Source: Tortispora ganteri (taxonomy: Eukaryota). From it: 64,000 nt of DNA. A model generated the notes under the pieces. It had not been told where the DNA came from, searched no databases, and saw nothing but the letters and a program-made list of their open reading frames with translations. The position numbers and the translations under genes were made by a program. Positions 42,521 through 53,307 of this stretch are shown piece after piece. Position 1 is the first letter of the stretch; each line of letters begins with the position of its first letter. Where the stretch lies: contig PPNB01000001.1 of the NCBI GenBank assembly GCA_003707115.1, positions 682,001 to 746,000 of the forward strand, read 5' to 3'.

Positions 42521-43384
42521 ATGCCAGACACCTCGATGTCTAATAAAAACGAGAATCTCGATGACAGTGACGGAACAGTTCGTCTTGACGAAATTCAGGT
42601 TATTGAAAATGAAGATGGAACGAAAACTGTGATCCGATTTCACCTTAATGAACTTGGACAGAAAGTGAAAGTCTCGCAACATATAAAGATAAAGAAAGTG
42701 ACTACTAGCGTGAACAGTGCGGTTGCAGCGCGAAAACTATGGAAGAAGTTTGGTCAGGACAAAAACAAGCCACCCGGACCTGATATACAGACCACTACAG
42801 TTGGCGAAAATATAGTGCTCAACCTCTCAGTTGGCGATAAGCCTGCTAAAGAGGCCGATGCAGCACCCGAGGCCGAAGAATCACAAGCTGCCAAACCTAC
42901 TACCGCTACTGTCAAATGCCGATACTGCAAGGGTGCTCACTTTTCTGCCAAGTGCCCTTATAAGAGTCAGCTTGCTACAGATACTGGCGTGGGAGCAGAA
43001 GGAGCCGATGTGCGTGGAGGTTCGCCTGCTCCTGGCCCAGAACCTACTGCGGGCAAATTTGTTCCCCCACATCTTCGAAGAGGTGGTCCAGATAACATGT
43101 CTATTCCTCCTCCTAACAGTTTCCGTGATCGTGATGACGAAGGTACAGTGCGTGTTACTAATTTGCCACCTAATGCAGAAGAGAATGAACTTGGATGTAT
43201 ATTCCAGCAGTACGGTTCTGTGGCGCGTGTGCACATTGTTCGCGACCGAGAGACCAACCAACCTCGTGGATTCGCATTCATTACATACAACGATCCGCGA
43301 AGCGCAGTAAAGGCTGTTAAGGCACTCAACAGATACGGTTACAAGAATGTGCTTATTCATGTCGAGCATTCAAGGAAGAATTAA
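42521..43384 (+). CDS. TIF35: Translation initiation factor eIF3 subunit g
   Basis: DGTKTV, VAARKLWKKFG, CRYCKGAHFSAKCPYK, C-terminal RRM with RGFAF. Confidence 0.95.
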   Translation: MPDTSMSNKNENLDDSDGTVRLDEIQVIENEDGTKTVIRFHLNELGQKVKVSQHIKIKKVTTSVNSAVAARKLWKKFGQDKNKPPGPDIQTTTVGENIVLNLSVGDKPAKEADAAPEAEESQAAKPTTATVKCRYCKGAHFSAKCPYKSQLATDTGVGAEGADVRGGSPAPGPEPTAGKFVPPHLRRGGPDNMSIPPPNSFRDRDDEGTVRVTNLPPNAEENELGCIFQQYGSVARVHIVRDRETNQPRGFAFITYNDPRSAVKAVKALNRYGYKNVLIHVEHSRKN

Positions 43385-43691
43385 ACAGTCAATGAAGGTC
43401 AGTGACATATGTCATATCCATACACATCGGATTTTTAAAATCTTGTGGAACTTTTAATGGGCAAGGTTCACACGGGAGGTCTTTCTGCATGCCAGTTATG
43501 CAAAGGGAAATGCTGTTTATCCATGTATCTTACGATTATACAACATCAATTACATATTTGTTTGTATTCGCGCTCTGTATTTATAACTGTTGGCAGAGTT
43601 TCTGCCGAGCAGAAACCTTATTCATGTAAATCTAAACATTATAGAACTGACTTGCCTGCAGACATCTAGTCAAATTCCACTCTAAATACAT

Positions 43692-45134
43692 ATGGATCCT
43701 CATTTCGGAGTTACAGAAACTCTCAAGCCTTTTAGATACAACAACCAGAGTGTTGTATCAATCGATATAGCGGCTGGCTTCACTGGCGGAATCTTGAGTG
43801 ACGATGACGGAGTGTGGTCGTTTTGCATGAAAAATACGTTCAGTATCAGGGCTGCATATCGCTTGAGCTTACCGGACAATACCAGGCTAGACTCTGTCGA
43901 CGGTCTGAGTATTGTCGATTACGGCGAGCGTAAGGAAATCAAAGCCTTTAATCTGAGCGTTTTGGTAGAAGATCAGTCAAACGCGGTGCAGATGGCTATT
44001 GCACAACCCGCCTCAAAGGTGGGAAACCCATTTCCAAGGGGAATTTTAATGAATCCAATTATGCATGACGAATTGTTGCAAAAAAGTAATAAAGAAATGA
44101 TATTCACACAGCCAGTTAACATCAATTCGGCATACAATGATCTCAGTTCCCCCTACGACCGAATTGAAATAAAACGACTCAAGCTGATAAAAACATCTGC
44201 AAATTCCCAGATTAACGGAAAAATAAAGAAAAAAAGGAAAAAGATTGAAATGCCTCTCGAAATACCATTTAGAGTAGTGCTTGTCATAGAAGCATTAGTG
44301 TTAGATAGCGACAAGTTGCGTGCTATACCTGTGGCCAGGGTCGTATCAAGATTGATTAATGCAACATTTAAAAGAAACTCAGAGCTTGGAAAGGTAATCA
44401 CAGGAGCTTCTGCAACATTTCGAAGCAAATCAAATGTTAAAGCCAGGAAATTGGTAGTTCTCAAGCAGAAGTCTATAGCTGCGACAACATTGAGTACCAA
44501 TCATACACCAGAAGTATTTACCTCTTCAGATCCGTCCAGCAGATCACAAACACAATCATTGCCACTATTTAAAAATCCGCATGCTTCAACTGGAGATACA
44601 GATAGTTTTTTTCAGCGTTCAGCGGTCGTTTCTAGAGGTAGTGAAGACATTTCTGGTGAGTTAAGTAGCTTTTGGCAAAGCTGTTCCTATGAATTCGACT
44701 CTATAGATAGTCTAAATGCAATCACAAATATATGCAATGTCTATGAATCCGGGTTTCCAAAAGCATTGTCTAGGACAAGCGACACTGAACTTCTTCCACC
44801 GTCCGATGATCTTATAGGTGGAGCTGGGGCTAAGAATGACGTATTATCTATGCCGGCATTCTTTGAAGGCGAACCTGTAGAAGCGGAAGAGTTCGATCAG
44901 GCTATAGTTATTCGAGATATCGCAACTGAAATGAATAACGAACCTCGCAGTTCTGATATTGACCGTCTTTACAAAGCCGTTGTGCACAGTGACCTTGGCA
45001 GCGAAGCCGATTTTCCCAGATCAGAAGAGCAGACGACCTACATACAAGGAAACGTTTCAAAATCGGTACTCATAGATATCACGCGTTCTTCTAACATGGT
45101 TGACTCAAAAAAAAGGATCGACTCTTGCCATTAA
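43692..45134 (+). CDS. Divergent NDT80/PhoG-like DNA-binding-domain protein
   Basis: N-terminal ~230 aa show colinear resemblance to NDT80 blocks (see findings); the C-terminus is low-complexity and acidic. Confidence 0.55.
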   Translation: MDPHFGVTETLKPFRYNNQSVVSIDIAAGFTGGILSDDDGVWSFCMKNTFSIRAAYRLSLPDNTRLDSVDGLSIVDYGERKEIKAFNLSVLVEDQSNAVQMAIAQPASKVGNPFPRGILMNPIMHDELLQKSNKEMIFTQPVNINSAYNDLSSPYDRIEIKRLKLIKTSANSQINGKIKKKRKKIEMPLEIPFRVVLVIEALVLDSDKLRAIPVARVVSRLINATFKRNSELGKVITGASATFRSKSNVKARKLVVLKQKSIAATTLSTNHTPEVFTSSDPSSRSQTQSLPLFKNPHASTGDTDSFFQRSAVVSRGSEDISGELSSFWQSCSYEFDSIDSLNAITNICNVYESGFPKALSRTSDTELLPPSDDLIGGAGAKNDVLSMPAFFEGEPVEAEEFDQAIVIRDIATEMNNEPRSSDIDRLYKAVVHSDLGSEADFPRSEEQTTYIQGNVSKSVLIDITRSSNMVDSKKRIDSCH

Positions 45135-45142
45135 TTTCAAGA

Positions 45143-47495
45143 ATGTGGGTGCTCTTGAACATTGCGAACAAGTAAGTAACGAAGGGTTGTTTCCAACCCG
45201 TTGGGTGTACCCAAGGTACACAAATCAAAATCTAATTTGATATTTGCTTTTCAACCTCGAGCAATCCTAAAAGGAAGCCTAAAACTTTCAAGTTACATGA
45301 GGAAATTGGTTTGATTCATCAATAATATTGCTTAAAATTTTCCAACTTTTGTGGCTGATTTATTAAAGTTGTTTAAATCTAATAGATACTTGTTCGGCCG
45401 TCTTGGTATTGGAGTCTATCCGAGGGCCGTACCAGGACGATCGAACAAGTTCACACAGCCTGCATGCTCTTTCAGCTCCGAACAGTTTGAGCTTCCGAAG
45501 AATTTTGATTATGAAAAACCAGATAAATTTAAAGCAGACAGACTTAGTGGTGCCTTGCATATACGACAAGTTGTGGAATTAACCGCCAGGACAAAGTTCT
45601 CGCATGACTCCGACCTTGCATTAAAGCAATTCTTTCAGCTTTTTCAGCGCACCAAACTCAGTCAAAGCATTGCCGAGTTTCAAGGCTACGTTTACCCTTT
45701 ATCAAAGAAATTGCCAGATACCAACTACATTGTTTCCACTGCTTTGCTAGAGCCGCATGTATATCGGGCAGCTGTTCGAGGGATGCTCATGAGTATCTCT
45801 TACAACCTAGATAGAACTGCACATTTGCGGATTCACACGCTTCATGCTTTGGAATCGCTGTTACACAAGCACGAATTTAATAAAGCAGAACTTCTTCTCA
45901 AGTACATTGTGGAAAAGGAATCACAATTCCAGTCTCATCCTGCAGATCCTTACATTGTTCATTCACTGTTATACCAGCGTGCTAGCCAACACATCTCTGA
46001 AACTGTACAGGTAAATCCTCGGAAACTGTTGTATATATGGCTTGATTCTAGTACGAAAGATGATGATATTTCGGAAAATAACTTATGGATGAAGCACGGC
46101 TCAGCTTCAGATCTAATATCTCAGTTCACAGAGCTTGCCTGTATCATGTACTCAACAGCAAGGCTTGGATACGAATGCTTTGGTGTCGCTTTGCGGCTGA
46201 AGCCACTCATCAAAAGCGCGCGGTCTAAATACACCGACCAACTTCTCAAACCGATCATGTTCGATCTCATTAACAACTTCAAAGACAAGTCTCCTGAAAC
46301 GTACTTACGCCGGGTTCGGGACGTTGCATTACTATTAGAATCAGAGTTTGGACGATCGCTCAAACCCGCACAAGTTGAAAGGGCTCTAAAAATAGCGGGG
46401 AATGCAGGGAAACATAATAGCCATAATTTCCAGCGGCGCGCCATGGAAATCCTCCGGCCTGCATTAACGTACTCATCTGTCACAGTACGGAGTGTGCTCA
46501 AAAAGCTAATACGATTGAATGACACGCGAGCTGTCCTCAGATTTTGGCGCTTTCAGATTGGTCTTATGATACCGCCGCACTTAATCAGAGAAAAGCAGGA
46601 ACTGCTTGACAAATACGCAGGTACAATGAGGTTAGTGCATCCTTCTCTTCTGGGAGACTTGATTTATGCCTTCGGACGGAAAAGACGGTACCACCCTGAA
46701 GCCGAATTGATAATATCCTGCCTAAACAACATAGAAAAGCTAAATGACCGTGTTGCAGCTGCATGTCTCACGTATGCGGGGAGAACGAAGAACGAGGATT
46801 TAGCAAATGAAATTCAGGGACTGCTCAGTCCACCGCTGTCGCGTGGGGTGCTTCACGGACTGCTATATGCGCACATTATGCTAAACGACCGGAAAGGATC
46901 GGCACAAATCCTAGGAGAGCTAAGGCGACGCAATATTCAACCGAGCTCGTCTGAACTGAACAATATCATCACTGGCTTGACTTTGCCAGTTGTACTTGAC
47001 AATGTAGGGGTTGATGAGCAACGTCTGCGACTAGAGGCGGCAGTTGATATTTTGAAAGGCGCAGATTTGAAGACAGCTGGGAACGGTTGGATACAAGTGT
47101 TTGGACGTGCACTCGCAGCCAAGTTGGATGATATTGCTGACCAAGCGTGGACGTTTGTGAACCAATCTGCCGAGCTGCATGAACACAAAGACAAAGCAGA
47201 GTTCACCGGAACTGTATATTTTACGCTTCTTGGGCACACAATTAAAACACAAGGTAGCGAAAAAGCACTCGAAGTACTAAGGTCCGACATAGAGAGGAAA
47301 GGCAAACACTTTCTAGAAGCAGAGATTCTGATTTTGGCGTACTACGCGATTGCGGACGCAGCAACGCGTGAGGGTAATGAAATGGTCATAAGAGAGGCTT
47401 TTAGAGCGATGCAGGAGGATCTAGGACGTTCTAAACTTGATTGTAAAGGCGAACTCGATGAGTACTTGAACTATATGGCTAACTACGAGAAATGA
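45143..47495 (+). CDS. Probable mitochondrial helical-repeat (PPR-like) RNA-binding protein; predicted exons 45143-45171 and 45386-47495
   Basis: 714-codon ORF lacks an early ATG. Upstream ATG...AA|GTAAGT and TAG at 45385 restore the frame: MWVLLNIANKYLFGRLG... PPR-like stretch ILGELRRRNIQPSSSELNNIITG. Confidence 0.65.
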
Positions 47496-47532
47496 CAAGA
47501 TATTCCAAAATTTTAAGAAGAAATTAGTAACA

Positions 47533-48042
47533 TTACTCGTTAACCAGGCTGAGAAGGGCCATAAGAACCAGCAGTACAGTTCGCATCCAGGGATAATCCG
47601 ATATTAAAATTGTAATATAACCGACAAATGGCAAAATAGCGCAAACAGCGCCATCTATGTGAGATCTTTCTATGTATCGTTGTCCCCTTGCGTAGAGACC
47701 TAAGTCGTCAATTGGGTTGTTATCGCCCTTCGTCAACACTAACTCCTTTGTAGCAGATTTGTGAAGCCTCAAAACGCGATGAACAATAGGGATAGCTTTG
47801 TCTTTTATTTGGTACACTACAATATCGCCGATCTTCAGATTTGACCGGTTCCATAGCAGCAAAACATCGCCGCGGTACATTGCAGGTTCCATAGACCCAG
47901 ACAGCACAACCACAAGAGGCGAGGGTGAATTCGTAACAATAGACAATCCTTTCCAAAACATATAAGCAGATGCAATCGCCATACAAACAGTCTGAGCCTG
48001 TTGCAGGTTGTAACGCGGGTTCTGCATGAAGTCACCTATCAT
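47533..48042 (-). CDS. SEC11: Signal peptidase complex catalytic subunit
   Basis: SPLVVVLSGSMEPA, RGD, IPIVHRV, LTKGDNN; start at ATG 48042 or 48027. Confidence 0.96.
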   Translation of the reverse strand: MIGDFMQNPRYNLQQAQTVCMAIASAYMFWKGLSIVTNSPSPLVVVLSGSMEPAMYRGDVLLLWNRSNLKIGDIVVYQIKDKAIPIVHRVLRLHKSATKELVLTKGDNNPIDDLGLYARGQRYIERSHIDGAVCAILPFVGYITILISDYPWMRTVLLVLMALLSLVNE

Positions 48043-48597
48043 AGTGGAGTCAGTTGTTGGAAAGTCGCTGGTCCAAATGTCCTTATAAAAGCTAACTTTC
48101 CAGTTGGTTACCCAAGAAGACAAAATACTACCAATAGCTAATAGCCATTGGTAAGCGGACGCATCCGTTGAAGGTGAACCTGTGACTTACATATGAGGTA
48201 TAGCGTGCAAAAAACAATATAGTTATATTAATATAATGTTTAAATGATTCAATAATGCTAACAGTAAAAAGAAATGGCTCTAAAACTAAAGTGCGAACAA
48301 GATATCCCTAAAGTCTTGTGAACAATCAATTCACAGTCGCATGTCCTATTTTTTTTTTTATAAAACCCACATTGAATAATAGAGAACTAAGAGAATATAA
48401 ACAAATAGCTGCATAACGACTATTTATAATGTTTCTATAAAGTAAATGATCATGTTAAGGCCATGTTTAGCCGAAGTTTAAAGTTTGAGTTGACACTTAT
48501 ACACCAACACTAGTACTATATTTTACGGTTTGGGACTTGTGCCCTTGACAACCGTCTTCCAACACCAACAGTCACTTTCAACTTTCTCACCCATACC

Positions 48598-49935
48598 ATG
48601 AGTATACCAATACCTATAAAAAGAGGCTACAATGCTGCATTAACCCCCATAATTTACTGCTTGAAATCTTTTAAATATTATATCTTGACTGCTTTCAGCA
48701 TCTTAGATGCCCACCCAAGTGTCATAATGCTCTTATGTGGTTTTCTTCTCTACAGAACGCTTTCTGATCAAAAACCTGTCAACAACGTCTTTATACCTAT
48801 ACCAATATCTGATCATTCAGTATTTTTTCGTCTTTTAAGCAGACAGTTATTGTCTAAGATACCTAATGAATCTTCTGATACTACAAATCTACTGCTACTG
48901 ATTACTTATTATCTCGGTTGTACTTTCATAACTGTGGCAATACTATTCTGGTGTTCTCCTGTTGATCAATCCACAACCTTATCTTCTCCTTGCTCTCTGA
49001 CAGCTGGCTATGATTTTTCTTCCTCATATATAGAATGGCCAACTGACTATGCTTTGTTCCTGAACCAGCTCTTATCCGCACAATACCCTCTGAAGAGTAG
49101 GGACGGATGCGTAATGTCGCACGACGAAGTCGATATTATGAAATCAAACCTCCTCAGATTTTTAGATGAAATTAATCCCGTAAATATTCGATATTCTGAT
49201 TATGGCGATTTTGCGAGCTTGATAGAGTCATTCAGATCTATAGTGGTGCAGAGTAAGGCCGACTACGATATCAGACGCTCGCAGCTTTTTACTGACCCCG
49301 AGCCGTTACAAGAAAATATGCCTAACCAACTAGATGATAATCGCTGCAATTTAATGTCAGTATCGCCGGTGTCCGATAAGCTTGTTCGGTTCACAGAAAC
49401 CGCCGACACCAATCAGGTCACTGAAAGACTAAACACCCCTTCTTCAGTCTCTGATATTGTTGTCCACACTGGTTCTCCCTATCCTGGCGGCCAGAAGGCG
49501 CCCACTAAGACTGTATATGACGTTTCTGTGAGCCAAACCAAGCTGAAACCGCGATGCGAATTGAGAATCGGCTCGCGGACATTTGACATTGCTACAGAGA
49601 ATGGCAGAAATGCGTGGTCAGAATATTTACGCAACGAAAAACCAGTTTTATGCGACAGAGCTCATAATTCTCAGGACCATAACATATTATCACGCTCAGC
49701 CTCTTTTGAATCGCTGCGGCCCAAGTCTGTTAACGGTATACAGTCTAGTCGGTATGAAATATGGTCTCCAGACGACATTCATCAAGCTTGTTCGGACGAC
49801 GAGGGCTCTAAAACAGAAATCAGGAATAAGAAACCTAGGAGACGTAGAAACAGACATCGTGTATATATTCCTGGGCAGGGCTGGACAAACTCTTCTTCAT
49901 TCCCTGACTTGCTGCACGATACTTGCACCGACTAA
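48598..49935 (+). CDS. Hypothetical membrane protein (2-3 N-terminal hydrophobic segments, long polar tail)
   Basis: 445 aa ATG-initiated ORF; no family recognised. Confidence 0.7.
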   Translation: MSIPIPIKRGYNAALTPIIYCLKSFKYYILTAFSILDAHPSVIMLLCGFLLYRTLSDQKPVNNVFIPIPISDHSVFFRLLSRQLLSKIPNESSDTTNLLLLITYYLGCTFITVAILFWCSPVDQSTTLSSPCSLTAGYDFSSSYIEWPTDYALFLNQLLSAQYPLKSRDGCVMSHDEVDIMKSNLLRFLDEINPVNIRYSDYGDFASLIESFRSIVVQSKADYDIRRSQLFTDPEPLQENMPNQLDDNRCNLMSVSPVSDKLVRFTETADTNQVTERLNTPSSVSDIVVHTGSPYPGGQKAPTKTVYDVSVSQTKLKPRCELRIGSRTFDIATENGRNAWSEYLRNEKPVLCDRAHNSQDHNILSRSASFESLRPKSVNGIQSSRYEIWSPDDIHQACSDDEGSKTEIRNKKPRRRRNRHRVYIPGQGWTNSSSFPDLLHDTCTD

Positions 49936-49974
49936 GTAGGCTGCTATCACTTAATAGTAATTGAGACCAAACTG

Positions 49975-50487
49975 CTATGTTATTTCTCTAGGGCTATAAT
50001 TATGCGAATTTGATTTAATTTGGCTTGCGTCGTTGTGCAAGTCAACGGTGATTGTACTTGGAGCATGCGATTTGACTGAGGCTACCTCGAGTTCTTTTGC
50101 TTTATCGGGCAGTCTATAGTAAATCTCAGTGGATTGCAGCGTCTTTATGCGTTCTGCCTCTTTAGATACAAAATCTGTATCGAGATACGGTGTGATGCAG
50201 AATGTATCGTCGGGTTTAGAAGGAGGAGCTCGAGGTAGATACTCTTTTGGGCCAAATTCAGGAACGTTCCATAATGGGTCAAGGTTTATCTCGTCTAATT
50301 CGTCACAGAGAGGATCTATGCTACCCGAGCTGAATTTTCTGACCAATACAAAATCTGTGTATTTGGCTTTACCTTTGCTTACTTTATAATAGTTTCGTTT
50401 TGCCATGCTTTTACACGCCCAAGCCACAGTCAGTGCGCTGGCACTAGCAGTGCACACGAGCGCAGCAATTATCTCTAGCAAAACCAT
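49975..50487 (-). CDS. Hypothetical protein with an N-terminal signal anchor
   Basis: 170 aa; hydrophobic N-terminus followed by basic residues. Confidence 0.6.
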   Translation of the reverse strand: MVLLEIIAALVCTASASALTVAWACKSMAKRNYYKVSKGKAKYTDFVLVRKFSSGSIDPLCDELDEINLDPLWNVPEFGPKEYLPRAPPSKPDDTFCITPYLDTDFVSKEAERIKTLQSTEIYYRLPDKAKELEVASVKSHAPSTITVDLHNDASQIKSNSHNYSPREIT

Positions 50488-51676
50488 ATTTAACTATAGT
50501 TGTAGATGTATGTGTGAATTATAACCTTAGCATCCATAACTAAGTACAGAACTTAGAGCATGGAGAGCATATGCGCTGCTCACTTATATGCTGTGCCAAA
50601 ATAGAGTTAGAAAACAATTGGCATTGTTACTTTGACCTATATATCTATACCTGCTTCGCTTTATATCAGCAGGAGCATCTTTTACTATCACATATATAAT
50701 TTATTACTGCGATTATAGTGCATATTTAGTATTGTGAATACTGTAACCTGAGAGAATTTACCTTGGAAAGATAGGGCGTACTAGTGAAATTATAAGGTTT
50801 TGGTAGTAGAAAGATTTAGCTTGATTATAAATGTCAGTTTATTTTTTAAGCTTCATGAAATTTTATTTCAATTATGTAAGTGTTACTGTGTTATATATTG
50901 TTTGCTTGAATACATCTATTCATAGTATTGTAGAAACGTATAAAATGATAATCAGGAGCTGTGATGGTATCAGTTCTTAATAATTTAATAACTCTAATTG
51001 ACATCTATTTATCCAATGAACAGTTATTTTACATAAATTAAGTTTTGAAAAATTGTAAACGGATTATTTAGGACTCTGTATGCCAAAGAGTAAGTCGATT
51101 TTTATTAATTAAATGTTATATATTTAGGTTTAGAAACGAAAATTAGTAAGAATGGTAGTGTGTGGAATGAAATTAGCGCTAAAGATATGTTGTGTAGAAG
51201 TACGTAAGTTGCATCATGTTTAATTGGTTTTGCAATTTAAACAAAACTCATTAAACACGACGAGACATGTAAATCTTTAATTGAGAAGAAATTTTAACTG
51301 TGCAAAATCCGTACCATTTGTCCTTAGGTGAGAACTATAAGCTAAGCCGATCGAAAGATAAGAGAACGAGTCTAAAAGTTAAAAGAAGCTAATTTTTTTA
51401 GGAGATCGAAGTAGTTCTAAACCAAGACTCTTTGATGGAGCATTAAAAGTTCAAATAAAAACCCCCCAGAGCTGGAAAATGCAATATATTTTAACAATCA
51501 ATGCAATTTTTCAGAAGATCCAAATGCTTATACAGTTATTACAACGGCATGAATCGTATCCCTAGTTTCCCCACACGAATAGGTAGAGAATCAGAAAAGG
51601 TTAACCTTATTTTTTAGGAGAAAACCAAGGGAAAAAAAAAAGGTGAGAAGACAAGCTCCAGAGACTAAAACAGGTT

Positions 51677-53236
51677 ATGCTGAACTGCAACCGATCGAAA
51701 GCTAGACTTCGTCTTTTGAAATTATTCGGAAAAAGAACAGTAATGTCGAACAGTATTCAACCTCCTTTACCACTGCCTTTAGATACAGGACGATTAAACC
51801 TGCACAATATCAACCAAGGTGTAGTTAATGCGCAATACGCTGTACGAGGCGCTCTTGCTATTCGTGCTGAAGAACTGCGTGACCAATTGAAAACGAATCC
51901 CGGATCTTTACCATTCAATAAAGTAATAAATTGCAATATTGGTAACCCACAACAACTTGATCAAAAACCAATAACGTTCATTAGACAAGTGCTCGCTTTA
52001 GCGCAGTACCCGGATCTTCTTACTAACAAAGATGCACTGAAAGCATTTTCACAAACTGCTATTTCTAGAGCAAAATTTTTACTTGATCAAGTCAACTCAG
52101 TAGGTGCATATTCAGTATCTCAAGGAGTGCCAGCGATCAGACAGAGCGTTGCGAACTTCATCAAACAACGTGACGGTCACCCTGCAGACATTAATGATAT
52201 CTTCCTCACTGCTGGTGCTTCGCTTGGTATTACAGATATACTTACTGTCATTTGTGCGCACCCGAAAACTGGTATTATGATTCCTGTGCCGCAATACCCG
52301 TTGTACTCAGCAACTTTGTCGGTACTCGACGCCTCACCTGTGCCATACTACCTCGATGAGTCATCGGCTTGGGGTACCTCTCCGGATGAAATTGCACAGC
52401 GGTATACTGTAGCAGTGCAGATGGGTATCGTTCCGCGTGCTCTAGTTGTCGTTAACCCTGGAAACCCTACAGGCAGTGTGCTATCAGAAGATGACATGTA
52501 TGCAATAATCCGATTTGCTGCCGAGAAGGGTCTCGTGCTTATAGCGGATGAAGTGTACCAGAGTAACATATATACAGACTCTGTGCGGTTTGTGTCGTTC
52601 AAAAAGGCTCTACGAGATCTTCAGATTAAATCATCAGGTAAAGACGCTGAAGAACTCGCAGGATTGCAACTTGTCTCGTTTCACTCTGTATCGAAGGGTA
52701 TGCTTGGTGAGTGCGGTCAGCGTGGCGGATACTTTGAGATGATTGGTATAGATCCAGCAGTGCGTCAACAGATCTACAAGCTCGTTTCCATCAGACTGTG
52801 TCCTGTAGTCACGGGACAATTTGTGGTCGACTGCATGGTTAATCCACCGCAGCCTGGAGACGATGCGTATGACCAGTACATTGCAGAGTACGAAGGTATC
52901 AAGAACGAGCTGCGCAAGAGAGCGCTTGCATTGCACGCAGCGTTCCAGGATATGGAAGGTGTGACGTGTGCACCGCCAGAGGGTGCAATGTACCTATTCC
53001 CGATGATAACTTTGCCGCAGAAAGCCATTAATGAGGCTGAGAAGCATGGTGTCGCCCCGGACGCTTTCTACTGCATGGAGCTGCTCAACAATACGGGTAT
53101 CTGCGTTGTCCCCGGATCCGGGTTTGGCCAACGTCCTGGCACATTCCACTTTCGAACTACATTTTTGGCGCCGGGCGTAGAGTACGCCAAAAGCATTGCC
53201 GACTTTCACAAGGCATTTATGGCCAAGTACAAGTAA
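51677..53236 (+). CDS. ALT1: Alanine aminotransferase (PLP-dependent)
   Basis: YAVRG, NIGNPQQL, GAYSVSQG, NPGNPTG, ADEVYQ, FHSVSKG...GECGQRGG, VPGSGFGQ. Confidence 0.96.
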   Translation: MLNCNRSKARLRLLKLFGKRTVMSNSIQPPLPLPLDTGRLNLHNINQGVVNAQYAVRGALAIRAEELRDQLKTNPGSLPFNKVINCNIGNPQQLDQKPITFIRQVLALAQYPDLLTNKDALKAFSQTAISRAKFLLDQVNSVGAYSVSQGVPAIRQSVANFIKQRDGHPADINDIFLTAGASLGITDILTVICAHPKTGIMIPVPQYPLYSATLSVLDASPVPYYLDESSAWGTSPDEIAQRYTVAVQMGIVPRALVVVNPGNPTGSVLSEDDMYAIIRFAAEKGLVLIADEVYQSNIYTDSVRFVSFKKALRDLQIKSSGKDAEELAGLQLVSFHSVSKGMLGECGQRGGYFEMIGIDPAVRQQIYKLVSIRLCPVVTGQFVVDCMVNPPQPGDDAYDQYIAEYEGIKNELRKRALALHAAFQDMEGVTCAPPEGAMYLFPMITLPQKAINEAEKHGVAPDAFYCMELLNNTGICVVPGSGFGQRPGTFHFRTTFLAPGVEYAKSIADFHKAFMAKYK

Positions 53237-53307
53237 TCTCCTTATAATATTAGTATTGCAACAATATGTAGCCGCATGTAGTAGAACCTTAATTTCGACA
53301 CGACATC

